From Squalus acanthias (taxonomy: Eukaryota), in NCBI GenBank assembly GCA_030390025.1, contig CM059430.1, forward strand, positions 3,906,001 through 3,970,000: a stretch of 64,000 nt of DNA. Direction: 5' to 3'. Made by a program: the position numbers and the translations under genes. Shown here piece by piece: positions 46,901 through 59,660 of this stretch. Every line of letters begins with the position of its first letter. Within the stretch, counting starts at the first letter, position 1. Below the pieces are notes generated by a model that made no database searches, was not told the origin of the DNA, and saw only the letters and a program-made list of their open reading frames with translations.

Positions 46901-49900
46901 AAAAAATAATGCAATTTGCAGTATAATTTTATAAAAATCTTAATTTTTAATGGATTAAATTTTTTCTTCATAGGCAAATATAAAGATTACAGTTCATTTC
47001 CTCTGAAGTAGTCATCCTCTGACACAATTTATTTGAAATTCCTCAATCATTATGACAAGGATCGACAAATAAAAGAGAAGGATCTGACTGGTGACAGTGT
47101 TGAAGTACAACCTATTAAGGCCCCAGAAAAGGGATACTGTCTCTTTAAATATCTCTTCCTTTAAATATACTTTAGGGCATGACAAAGATTTCCTCATTTC
47201 CTTTTAAGAGTGCTTCACTGAACAGTGTAGTTCAGAGATCGATGCAGTGATTGGCAGCTAATGTTTTTTCCCTGTTATGTCTTAGTAAATTCAGTCTGAC
47301 AGCTGTTCTTACTGATCAAAAATGGCAAAGGTTCTTTGATTTTTGTATATAAAAAGCTGTAAACAGCACTGAAGAGATGTCTTAATTGTGTCTAACGACT
47401 TAAAAAGGCAACACCAAGCAGATGAGATTTTAAACTTTGGGTGCATTGCCTTAAATCTAACATTGTGCCCAAAGAAGGCCTTAGAAAGCACACAATGTGC
47501 TTACATACCCTTCCACATACTGCAGCTTTGATAGAACCCTGATACAATCAAATTCAAGTTCTTCTGATTCACACAAACTGTTGCCAGGTCCCAATTCTAC
47601 TCTTGTGTTCTGTGTAGAGTATAGGAGGTATTTGCAACTTCTGTCCTACCTGATATATTCCATTCATGGAGAGGCTTACTGCACAGCAAACGGTTTGATA
47701 TTGATTAGTTACATAAGAGGCTGGTGTATATGCGATGAAGGGGTGGTTTAGTTATACTGGTCAGCCTCCCACAAAGGATTAGGAAGAGAATCAAATGGTG
47801 TCCCATGCAATAAGAACAATGTTAGGGCAACAACTACAATATAACCTGAAGTGGTTAAAATCAGTGTTATAAGGCTGGAATGAAGAGAATTCATTGCTGT
47901 GGAGGGAGCAGAGAATGACTGATTTCGCCAACAGTACTGATAGGAGCCAAAAGCCCAGCAGGCAAAAAGGGAGGAATTGCAAAGTGCTTCGAGAGCAACT
48001 TTTGGCTTCTCAGATGAAATAGTATCGTGTAACTTTTATGGCAGTCTAAGTTACACAGCTGGAGGAGATGAACAAAGGCAGTTCGAGGGAGGCAAATAGT
48101 TGCGAGTGGATCTATTTGTGTGATGTGCATAGGTGGATCAAGGAGGAATCTCCTGGTCATTAGAAGAACACGCTGGTCATCTTCAATTTTAAAATATCTG
48201 CTGGAATCTGACGCGGTGACAAAGATTATCCGACATATAACACTGTGCTCTCGCGGACGGTCGGGTGGTACACTTTTCTTTCACTTCTGGGCTTGGGTTC
48301 AGCTCAAGCCCAAAATAGTACGATGAGAGTTTCCACTGCCTACTGTAAGGGCACTTAATAAAATATGTTATAATATTCTAAACCCTGTGAGTCTACTGCT
48401 CAAAGCTCCCTACAATCTGGTACAAACTAGCACTAAAATGGTAATGTCACCTCTGAAGGCAGAAGAGATGCCTGATATGGGAAATGGTAATGCCACACTG
48501 TGCAGCATGAGGGGCTCCTTTGATGATGGGATTAAACCCCATTGTTGTGACAGAGTTTTACACTACAGCTAACTATGCTGTATCTGACCTGGGAATGTTT
48601 GATGTTGACACTGGATGCCAAAAATGTAAAAGTATCCCATTCCCTAGCACTGACATCCCTCACCTTAATAAGCACAAAAAACATCCTCTTTCCAAATTGC
48701 TGTCTTGTCATTTGTTGGAACTCAGTATTGCCATAACTCCAATTTAAAATATAGATTAAACTTTTAACAATGTGATAAAACATATTTGCACTATTGATCT
48801 TACAAATTATCTTCTGTACTGTGATTCTTACTTTTCATCAAACAGTCAGACTAGTCATTATATATTTAATCACCAGTGGGGGGGAGGGGTACGAATGACT
48901 TCAACATTAGTCACTTCCGTAATGATAGGTTTTCTTATTCTAGGTGCTGACAGTAACATAGTCTCTCACAAACAACCTCAGATTTCAGTGCTGGAAGTGC
49001 CAACAAAAGGTGAACATGGCTTTCAAACATGAGCAGTCCCGCTCTCATTAATATTTGTATCATTGTCTAACAAAGCACACATCTGTGACTCACACAACTT
49101 TCTGTTCGCACAATAATATATATCTATACACACACAACTCCATTTAGAAGGATCGCTCATCAATGAATATTTGTGCTAAGTAAACAGAAGAGTTTCCACT
49201 CCAAACACAATCATTTCAGAAATTACACAGCAAAACTTACTAATATTGCTTGTAAATTCCTGACGCATGAGTAAAAGACAGGAAGCAACCAAATTAAACC
49301 TACGGGATCTTTTGTGGGTTAGAAATTCTCTTTTAAAATCATTTATTTATTCTGGTCTTCCCTGAAATCAGCCCACGGATCATGCACACGCATATTTGAA
49401 GGTGGCTCCTTTAACTCCACAAAGACTGCAGTCAAAGTTTCCCCCTTAAAATTAAAAAAAAATAGAATTTACTGCTCATTTGATTTCTGATGTAACCATA
49501 TTCTAAATATTACTGGTAATCAGATGTTTACAACACATCTTAGCAAAGTGCATCATAAAGAACTGGTTTGTTTTTGAAAATATTCATAACCACTTCAACC
49601 CCATTTCATTTTTTCAAATGTCGACTGCACTCGTGGAATCGGATCAGCTGCAAGGTTTGCTGCTAAGTGTCTGTTTTGTCCACCTATGAAGCTCTCAGAC
49701 TCAAATACAGGGGCTCACTCACTAATTCCACTCCCAAGTATATTTTGCATCAGTGGACAGCAAATAGTACAGAAAGGCAATTAATTAATCATCACTCAAA
49801 CCAGATTCTGAGTTTGTAAAAAAAAATAGGCATTTAAACACAGTAAACAAACATTGGACAAGGCACTGTATGCAAAGGTGGAGTGGCTGAAGCATTTCAG

Positions 49901-51589
49901 GATTTCATGTTTGACTGCACTTTCTCTGTCCATAGGGACCAATCTTCTCCTGCCCTAAGTCCCTTAAAGCCCTTGGCTTGTGAACACATCCCTCATAGAG
50001 ATGGGGCAGACTCCTCGCTTGAAGCTGGTACATGGTTTTCTTTTAAATGGTCTTTTAACAAGCATCCGATTGAACCCTCAAAGGCCCACTAGTACCTCTT
50101 CTTAAGCACCAGGTCAGGAAGAGAGCGACATTTTCAGGATTCAAGAGTGTTACCCTATTTTCAACTCCGGTTTGATTTAAAGGGACAGTGAACATGATTT
50201 GGTCTGCCTCAATTATTATTCCAAAGTACTTTTAAAAATAAAATAAAAACCTGCTTCATATTATTAATAATTTAAAGATTGCAACAGAATAAAAGAATTA
50301 AAATAATTTTTTTTCCAATGCAACAGGGAAGGTTGCGACTTAAATTGTGTTTCAAAACCTGGGTATTGTCTTGCATGAGGAGCACACAAGTCAGACTACA
50401 GGGTGCTTTAGTGACCAGAGGAGGGACGCCAAAGATTTAAAAAGATAACAGTATTTATTTTAAATCACCTGTTACCCCGACATTAGTACTGCAGCTGGCT
50501 GTGACCAACCATCTTCCCAGCTTGTAGTTCTTACTCATTATACAATTTGACTAACTTTCTGAAGCCATCTCTACCCTGGGATGGAAGAGCAGCAGTTTCA
50601 TTTTTGATGGGGCAAAAAATGGGACTAACGGAAGTTGAAAATAGGACAACAAATGCCCTTCTCTTTTCTTTGCCTCACTCACTGAGGTCTGTGAGGGGAG
50701 GAGAGAGGGAGGAAGGAAAAAATAAATGATCTTTTACATGCGTCTTGGACTGGGAGGTGGACTACTTCTGCCCACAATGATGGGTGTACCACCTAAAATG
50801 TAATACAATGTAATGCAGTAACTCCTCTTTAGTGAATGCTAGAAATTAAAGTAGAACAAATGAAGGGCATTGTAAAAACGGTCAGTGACTTAAAATGCCC
50901 TGCAAGCGCACCTTTACCACAGTACCCGAAAAAATAGGATTTATCCCTCTGCCTTACACACCTCTGGGTAGTGGACTCACTTCACCTTCCATTCCTTATG
51001 ATATTACTCCTCTCCCCGCCACCCCCACCCCGAACCCCCAGTGGAGCTGTCCACCACCCTAGCCAGCCTGTTATTAACAGTCCCATTAACAAATAGCATT
51101 ACCGGTATCCTGGAACTTGTGCTAATATGTATAGTCCCTCAGAGAACCATCTGCTGCCCCCTACACAGCAAAAGAGCTCCATCAATGGACAGAGCTTTGC
51201 AAAACAAAAACTCCTCATACCGGTAAGCATGGGATAGTGGGACCGATTTTTCATTGCTATCTCCTCACAGTAACCTTTGATAGGAATATTCAGTATCAGA
51301 TGTTCAGCGCAGTCAATTTCACATAAGGAAATACTATGTTAGTGACCATTTATTTAAGATCAAAAAATATTTTTTTAAACTTCGTTGACACACACTGTAC
51401 TAATTTGTATTAACTGGACACATCTGTCTATCAATTCTGGTCGTTCATATCTGCATATTTTACTCCATATAGTTTTAATTAAATAAAACAAGTTTCAGCC
51501 AGACTAAACAGCACAGCTTAGAAACAAGTAGAAATGAGATAAAGAGACCATGTAGGGCCTTGATGTCTCTGTGAGTTTATACAGCAAGT

Positions 51590-51705
51590 AACTCAAGCAC
51601 ACAGAGCATAAAGATCCCCAGTCCAGTCACAGCCACAACGGCATTAGGGGCACTGTAATTGACCTCGCCTCCTTTGGCTTGGGAAGAGAAAAACATTGGC
51701 CAGAG
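51590..51705 (+). mobile_element. Family 'S' SINE fragment
   Basis: TAGGGGCACTGTAATTGACCTC...GGGAAGAGAAAAACATTGGCCAGAGG. Confidence 0.5.
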
Positions 51706-51843
51706 GACACAAAAGGCATCAAGGGGTATGGGGAGAGAGCGGGAATATGGTATTGAGATAGAGGATCAGCCATGATCATATTGAATGGCGGAGCAGGCTC
51801 GAAGGGCCGAATGGCCGACTCCTGCTCCTATTTTTCTATGTTT
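51706..51843 (+). mobile_element. CR1 LINE 3' tail
   Basis: TKGIKGYGERAG, then GATCAGCCATGATC...GGCCGAATGGCCGACTCCTGCTCCTAT. Confidence 0.88.
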
Positions 51844-53369
51844 CCAGGAGAAATAAGCAGACCACATAATACACGTTAAAAGCTGTACCCTTTAAATGCG
51901 ACCAAGGCAGTCGAACAAAATGGATGGTATCCCTTTATTCCAATGGAAGTGTAAACATTATTTATACATCTGAATGCAGTGCTTGCTGTACATTAACCTG
52001 CTGCTGCTCGAAAATGCAAATGTGCGAAACCACTGAAATGAGAGTTGTCTGACCTCTTTCAACCATCTGTGTCTGTAAAAAGAAAGAGTGGAATTCACAA
52101 ACCCCCTTCTGTTTACCTGCAATTTTAATGACCTCCTCTCTTAAATCAAATCATACGGTTCCTATAAAGGTACTGTATTCATTTAAAAAAATTTTAAAAG
52201 AATATTTCTTGATGAGAAAACAAGGTGTGAAAGATATTTTCCAGAGCAACAATGAAAACCAGATGACAATCTTTCTACCGCAGGAGAGCTTTATTACAAA
52301 AGGATGTAATCTTCAAACACTTCTCGGCTGCTTAGGAACGAAAATGGAGAAAACATGAGCACACAATGGCAGGTGATTTATAGACTGCAGGCATGCAGAG
52401 CGAAAGCAGCCAACAATTAGGCAAAAAATTGTTATTAATACATGAGAAAGGTCTAAAGCATTCCGAGGACACACAAAAAGTTCAGACCAAGAAAAAAAGG
52501 AAAGAAATTAATCAACGGGAAAATATTTGGAATTGTGTAAGACTTGCTGGATGAAGGTGGAATTGCACAGTGCAGAAATATTTTATTGCTAATCCTTTCA
52601 GGTTTTTCCAAATACATATTTCCCCATCCCCCCCGCCCCCCCACCCTTTTTAAGGTGCCGTAACACTGCTTTCATCTTCCCTCCCCAGTCTTTCCTAAGT
52701 AACTTGATGGGAATCTGTAATAAACGAACAAAAGGTATGGTCCTGACAGAAGGTTAAAGGGGAGGCAAGAGGTCCTTCTCACCAGTGAAATATCATTCCA
52801 ATCCTCATATGTGATATTCTATTTCTTTTACATCTGTGACTTTTCACTGTTATCCTGTTGCTAAAAAAAATTGGGGGACACATTGAGAGATTAATGGGCA
52901 GATCACATTCCATGCAGCTGTTATGCACGTGGAGTGCAGCAAGCAACCAGTGTTCTAACACCATCCTCCAAGTGCTGCCATTGACCAACAGCGAGAGCGC
53001 GAGTGCATAATCTGCAGGATACAATGGCCTTTTTCTTGCACGGTGGAATTGTTTTCAAAGGAAGAATACGCAAAGCTTCGTCCCACTGCTGCCTATCCCA
53101 CCAGCTCGAAGATAAAATCATTTTTGTTTTTCTTTTAAATCATGGAGTTTGCTTAAGACACCTAATTCAACCGCAAAAAGAAAAGAAAAACAGGATGCAT
53201 TCCAAAAAGAATGGAGTTCCTCGCTTCACTATACTGCACTCGCAAAATAGTCTTCATCTACAAAACACAACTTTTACTAATTCTGTCGGATTATTGTTCC
53301 CTGCTGTCTATTTCTAGTTCGGAAGGATTGCAATTGCAACCTTTTCTTCTTTCCTCGTCACTGTCTTTC

Positions 53370-53640
53370 TTGTCCAGTTTCCCCAATTTTCTTCCCTCTC
53401 CCCCCGCCCCCCCCCCCCCCCCCCCCCCCGAAGGCAATGGCTTGTGCTGAGGTGCAGTTCCAAAGGTGTTGAGAACTGACCGCTACTTTGCCTCATTCTT
53501 CATGCGTGGGTCTGGACATTGCGTGTAGAGAGGTTACTGGAATACAGAGGGCCTCATAGCCGAGTCTAATCCTATGTTCATCCAGTGTCTACAGACATAC
53601 TTTCCAGGAGAGGTCAGCGGATAGTAATCAGGAACAATAC
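53370..53640 (-). mobile_element. Family 'S' SINE fragment containing an expanded poly-C tract (53401-53429)
   Basis: CATTCTTCATG...AGCCGAGTCTAATCCT...ACTTTCCAG...GGATAGTAATCAGGAAC. Confidence 0.6.
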
Positions 53641-53839
53641 ATAAATCAATCACTGCCATCCCTGCACTGTCATTTTACTGACGATCACTGCTCTCACACT
53701 CTACTCAGGAACCATTTTAGATCTACTGTTTTTTTTTAAAAAGGTGGGTTAGGGGGAGGAGTAGGAGGAAACACTGAGAAACATCCAAACTACTCAGGGT
53801 TTGTTTATTTAGCTTCACCTATATTGTGGAATATCTCTT

Positions 53840-53990
53840 TTCTCCACCATTTCTTCCCTTACACTTCCTCTTTTTAAAAGGCAGTCCTGTTATATCTCAA
53901 GCAGATGGACATTCTTCACATCAGCCTGGACGATAAGTGACAATGTACTTACCATTCAACCATGCGAGGACATAATAGCCAAACCCGAAT
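53840..53990 (-). mobile_element. Family 'S' SINE fragment
   Basis: GGACATTCTTCAC..AGCCTGGAC...ATTCAACCATG...AGCCAAACCCGA. Confidence 0.45.
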
Positions 53991-56900
53991 GAGATACACT
54001 TTCAATTTTCAAACAAACTCCTTACTTAAGATGCAGGTTCCTCAAAACTACAAGACACACAGACCGACAAACAGTAGCAGTTTAATACAGTGCCCTTTCA
54101 GGCTTCCCTGAAAAGTAAGTGGCATTTTGTTTATTTCCACTGTGATGAAGTAACACTACATATGCTGTAAAAATCTTGCTCAAAGACACTGAATTAATGA
54201 CAGAATTTGAAAGCTCTGCAAGTGAAGGCTGAAGGTTCAATAATCGCCTTCATCACAGCAATGCCTTCGATAGTTAACACCCATTTACGTGCTAACCACA
54301 CAAAAAACAGCACACCAGAAGTAAAATTTAAAAAAAGCCTACAAATGACATCAAATGGGCTGGCATTAAATCAAACCAGCAGGATTTCGAACACTCAGGC
54401 ATCTTTGTGTTTTTTTACTTCAAAGGCTAATGATCAGCCCTTTACCTTAAGGCTCAAGACCTAAGTAAACTAGCTGTGAACAAATTGGGAGATTATAAAA
54501 TTAAATTCTCCCCATATCGTAAATGAATAGTCTGCTTCAAAAAGCTGTGCATTTGTGTGATGTCACAATTTATTGGAATCCATGAAAGGGTCACAGTGAT
54601 TTTTTTAAAGTTATTTTGTATTCTTTTGGAAAAATATGTAATTTAGTCAAAGGATTCTTCCAATTCGTTCTTCTGAGGCAGTTTTAAAACTATTAAAGGC
54701 TGCCGTTAAAATAGAAGTACTGCCATTAAGTTTTAGTTACTTTAAGTGCTCCAGGTTAATATTTCAAAGAGTTGTTTTTTTACAAATTGCAATGGCAATT
54801 GATATTTGGAAGTGAGTTTTTTTTTTACATACACCCATCTAGTGAAACTGTGAATGAATTCTTTATACTCATGCTTAGGATTTTGATACAAATAGCAAAC
54901 AGTGGGGATCTTCCACCTGGTGCATTAAAATCTTACACAGAAAAGGAGGACAAAAAAAAATCCCAGAATATCATGTGGAGACTATTGCTGCTCAGACTCA
55001 GTGATTGCTTCTATCACAGGCAGGATCGCATCTGTCTTTTAAATTTGAGTTCAATTTTAGATAACCCTTTAGCAAAGTGCTTCTCCTGAATAAGAACACG
55101 CCCGTGACTGTTACACATTATTGGTTCGTGTACATCTACTGGCTGCTAGAATTGCACTTTTCAATTACCTGAAGAATGAGACCTAAAATAAAATTAATAC
55201 ATCCATTAAAAATAACATAGCACAGAACTGACATGGAGCTCCACAGTGGAACTTCAATTCAGCAATACTGGTGACGTCATAAACCACTAACAAACAAACT
55301 CCAGTGGTTTATGAACTCCCAGACTACATTATTGATTTAAACTTTGTTCTTTATGATATAAAGGAGATTCCGCATTAAAAACAATCTTTGCATTTAGTTT
55401 TTCTTATTGTCATGTTGTGACTACTCAAAACACAGTAGACATGGCACATTATCGATGATACAGTAACAAATCTGTTGGTGGCATGGGACCTGAAGGCATG
55501 AGTCATATGATTGGTACAGCAGTATTATTTGGATTTTTTTGGTAGTAGATTAGCAGGAAATAATTCTTTTAATTATTAGTTAGTAGGAAGGCAAAATAAT
55601 CTTTTATGGAAGAGAGTCAGTCAATATTCCTGCTTCATTATGCTGAACATTGGAGCCCTCAGCCTGAAAGTCAATCTCTGAACTTGACTACTTCTTCATT
55701 TGAAAAAAATGTGTCATCAGCGCTTTTTGAAACATTCCAAGCTGACTGCTGATGAAGGTTTTAGTGTGGAGCCAGGGTTATTACCTCTACCCCCTGCACC
55801 ACACATTTGGGTTCCTCTGATTCCATGGTATAGGACTTAGGCTGAGGTTGGTACACGTTGGAAACTTAAAAATCTAAACCTGGGCCAGTCCACTCTATTC
55901 TACAAAAAACACCCCTACAACTTTGTAACAAGCATATGCCAATCATGTGCCCAATATCTTACATTTCCTTTGGTCAAAAGGCTTGTAACACACCCTCGCT
56001 GGAGTCACATCACAAGGTTCAGAGATAGTTTGAAAAAATGGTAAGCTGTCAGGAGTTTATAGCCACCATGAATAAAAATGTAATTTTGGCCTCAAGCTTT
56101 GCTTTTGCCTTGACATCATCAGGACACACTATTATTGCCTCCTCTCCATAGCAGTCATTTATTTACAAATGCTCACAAAAAGAGGAAATATCAGGGCATC
56201 AAACAGAAAGAAAATTTAAAAAATGCATTCTCTTGTGGCAGTCGAGTCGCATGACTGTTAAAACATGCTATATATAGCACCATCCCCTTACACTAAATTA
56301 TTACATTAGCCCTGATTTGATCTGTGGAGATGCCTCTTATCTAGTGAAATCTGGGAAAATCCAAACAAAGAATAAACAAAGGATAAGCCCCTCCCAATGA
56401 TATTCTGATAAAACTGGGGATGCTAAAGAGGTTACTCTCTCAAACACACCCTTAAGCTACCTTTAAAGTACCATATACATGCCACAGAATAATGTCTAGA
56501 CATTCACCTCCGGATCTGTGTTGACATGTAATGATACTGGCAGACCACTAAGCTGCTCTCTCTCCTCTTTCACAGCTCAGGTTCCAAAGAGACTAAAGAA
56601 TGCTAACAATAAGAATTAGACGGACAAATCATTAATTTATGAGAGAAGTGCATCCGCTCGCTAATTAAAGTATATTCTCAACTAAGTTCCAATTATTAGT
56701 CAATGACCTCATCCTCAGGCTAACCATTGTGTTTGTGTGAAGGTGTCACTAGCAAGGATGCTTCAAGCACCATCACTGCATTAAAAAAAAACACACAGGA
56801 GCTAATTTCTGCCTTACTACAGTGTTTTCCTATTAAGATCCCGATAAAGTACTTGTATTAAAACTGTTGGTTGCTGTTTTTCAGAATTTAATTAACATTT

Positions 56901-57838
56901 TTATATAATGGCATAGTTTAACAGAGCGGTTGCCAATTAAATATTCTTCTTTCTTTCACCATCAATTTCATTTTAAAACAGCCCAAACTTTCAAGTCGAA
57001 ATGTGGCTAGATTTTTTTTTCTGCAGGAGCAGGGATGGTTGGTCTATAGAATAAGTATCACATTATGGGAGGTTAGAACCAAGTATTAAATACTCTCATC
57101 AAATTCGTTACATTTCTGATTGGAATTCCGTACTGTTTAAACAGAATACGAAGAAAAGCAACAGCTTGTGGAAGTTATCAAAGGTTAGGTACTGAGAAGG
57201 GACAAAATGCATATTTAATTTTTGACACAGGTCTATCACTGCACTACTTATTAAAAAAACAAGAGACAAAACAGTAGCAGTTACTTTTACTGGTAACTTG
57301 TGTGTTGTTGATAATATTGTGAAGCTGAGACTTTTTCCCCATGCATGCATTAAGCCCTTTGAACAAATAAAAACACTTTTGAGATTTGACAATCAGGAAT
57401 CTGAACTTGTGGAAAAGTTTCAGCTGTCTTGACCCAGATGAATCTACTATTTGCCACAGACTTCAGTCCACTTCCACCTTCAAAATCTAACAGTGATAAA
57501 GCCTTCAGATGAAGGTGTCACAACAGAGGATTGTTCCCCAATCAAAATCCTTGGACTGTGAGCATTTTACAGCATATGACAAGATATTAGGCAGGACCAC
57601 CCGCTTGCAGCAATGTTGTGATATGTTGTAACAGCCAATTTTTTTAAAAAGACAGAATTTGACAACCTTTTATAATAGAATAAAGCACTAATTCCTCCAC
57701 TGCCCACATCTAACATGGCTGCTGCAACGCTGCCCGACAGCTTTCTGCTCCACGTTACGAGACCTACAAGATTTACCCAGTTGCATTACCTTCCTGGTTA
57801 CTGAGTCTGCTGTATCATCGCCTTCGCAGTCCACCAGC

Positions 57839-58479
57839 CATAGAATCATAAAATCATAGAAGATAGGAGCAGGAGTAGGCCATTCGGCCCCTCTAGCCTG
57901 CTCCGCCATTCAATGCGATCATGGCTGATCATCCAAACTCAGTACCCTGTCCCTGCTTTCTCCCCATATCCCTTGATCCCTTTAGCCTTAAGAAATATAT
58001 CCAACTCCTTCTTGAATCTATTTAATGAATTGGCCTCAACTGCCTTCTGTGGCAGAGAATTCCACAGGTTCACCACTCTCTGGGTGAAGAAATTCCTCCT
58101 CATTTCTGTCCTAAATGGCTTACCCCTTATCCTTAGACTGTGACCCCTGGTTCTGGACTCCCCGACCATCGGGAACATCCTTCCTGCATCTAGTTTGTCC
58201 TGTCCTCTCAGAATTTTCTAAGTTTCAATGAGATCCCCTCTCATTCTTCTAAACTCCAGCGAGTGTAAGCCCAATCGACCCAATCTCTCTTCATACGTCA
58301 TTCCTGCCATCCCAGGTATCAGCCTTGTGAATCTTCGCTGAACTCCTTCCATGGCAAGAACATCCTTCCTCAGATAAGGTGACCAAAACTGCACACAGTA
58401 CTCAAGGTGTGGTCTCACCAAGGCCCTGTACAACTGCAGCGAGACATCCTTGTTCCTGTACTCAAACCCTCTCGCTATG
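57839..58479 (-). mobile_element. CR1 LINE 3' end (HER1-like)
   Basis: [40 protein letters not shown]...MRRNFFTQRVVNLWNSLPQKAVEA, with a CATAGAAT-repeat tail. Confidence 0.93.
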
Positions 58480-59327
58480 AGCCAGTTCCAGATGAGAGGA
58501 AGAAACAGTCATGTTCAATCTGGTATGGCCACTACTGATCTGACAGTATAGCTCTCATGCACAGCATTGTTGTCCGAGTGTGCTCCTATTGGTGATAGTC
58601 AGCTCTGCCATCTTTTGCCAAATCCAAAAGCAAAAGTAAGACAGGCAGGATAGAGGTGAGATCATGGCTTAAGTTTTATTTGATTATGAAAATGAACTGA
58701 AAACCTTGCCAACTGACGTCCCCGATGTCGTAAGTGGAGGAGGAAAATTGGAATTCTGTTTTAGGTTTCCAAATTTCCTGCTAGTTGGACTCTACAGTCA
58801 GAAATTTGTCGGGTTGTAGCCCTGGTGTGGGTTTAGCAGTGGAGCACATCACCTCAGGAGCGAGGGAACGTGCGCCTTTCTCAATAGATGGAGTCTGTAC
58901 TTTACTATCAGCCTTCTTCCACTGGCAAAACGCGCGCAGAATTTTATCTGACAGCATGACAGCGGACCATTGGAACTGCAAACAAGACCATCATCACCAC
59001 CATATCCTACACTTTAATGCTCACAGTTCCACATTGCTGTGCTTTCAGAAGCATGGCAGCATCTGTTGGTTGGTGAAACTCTGCTTTAACCTACCTGACT
59101 GTTATTGCTGATAACAAAATGGATTCAGTCTGCCTACAAAAGCTTATGTGATTAGTAAAATTATAGTCACTGACTAGCAAATACAAAAAAAGTCTAAAAA
59201 GCCCAAGATATAATTTCTAACTATTTATTCTCAAGAAGGTCCCCTAATTTTCTATGGAATTTATCTAGTCATCTTTGTAACTATTCATGTAGAACGAATA
59301 TTTAAGCTTTATCAAAAATTAGTTCAA

Positions 59328-59660
59328 GCTTCCCCAATGGCCTAGTGGGCAAAGCTACTGAAATACTAAAATTGCAGGTTGGATCCCTGGTCTGTGGCAG
59401 GTCTGCTGGTGTGAGCCAGGGGTTGCTGCACTCCTGATTACTACCCAGGGACCCCTGCTGAAAACTGCACATGTGGACATTGGTTGAGGACACGATCACA
59501 CCTGGCTGTGATGCCCCCCATAAGTGAATAGCCCATTGACACTCACTGCCTAGCTTCACATATGAAGAATGGTCACTTTAGTAAGATACTGGAGGTTGCT
59601 GGTGACCATGGGGTCTCTACCTTGTAGGGAGTGTCAGTAAGGAAGGAAAGGGCAGAGAAT
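59328..59660 (+). mobile_element. Family 'S' SINE
   Basis: CCCCAATGGCCTAGTGG...GGTTGGATCCCTGGTCTGTG...GGCTGTGATGCCCCCC...GACACTCACTG...TGAAGAATGGTCAC. Confidence 0.75.

Noticed and set aside
47509-47538. Possible 30-nt minus-strand micro-exon (cag|GGTTCT...GGAAGG|gtatgt)
   Set aside because: The polypyrimidine tract is weak and none of the three frames (VLSKLQYVE, GSIKAAVCGR, FYQSCSMWK) is recognisable; it cannot be supported without RNA-seq.
48325-48360. miR-17/miR-124-like sequence
   Set aside because: Only a partial resemblance, with mismatched seed context and no flanking hairpin.
55745-55770. CTGATGA as another hammerhead core (also at ~32344; CAGATGA at ~57507)
   Set aside because: No stem II followed by GAAA at the proper spacing.
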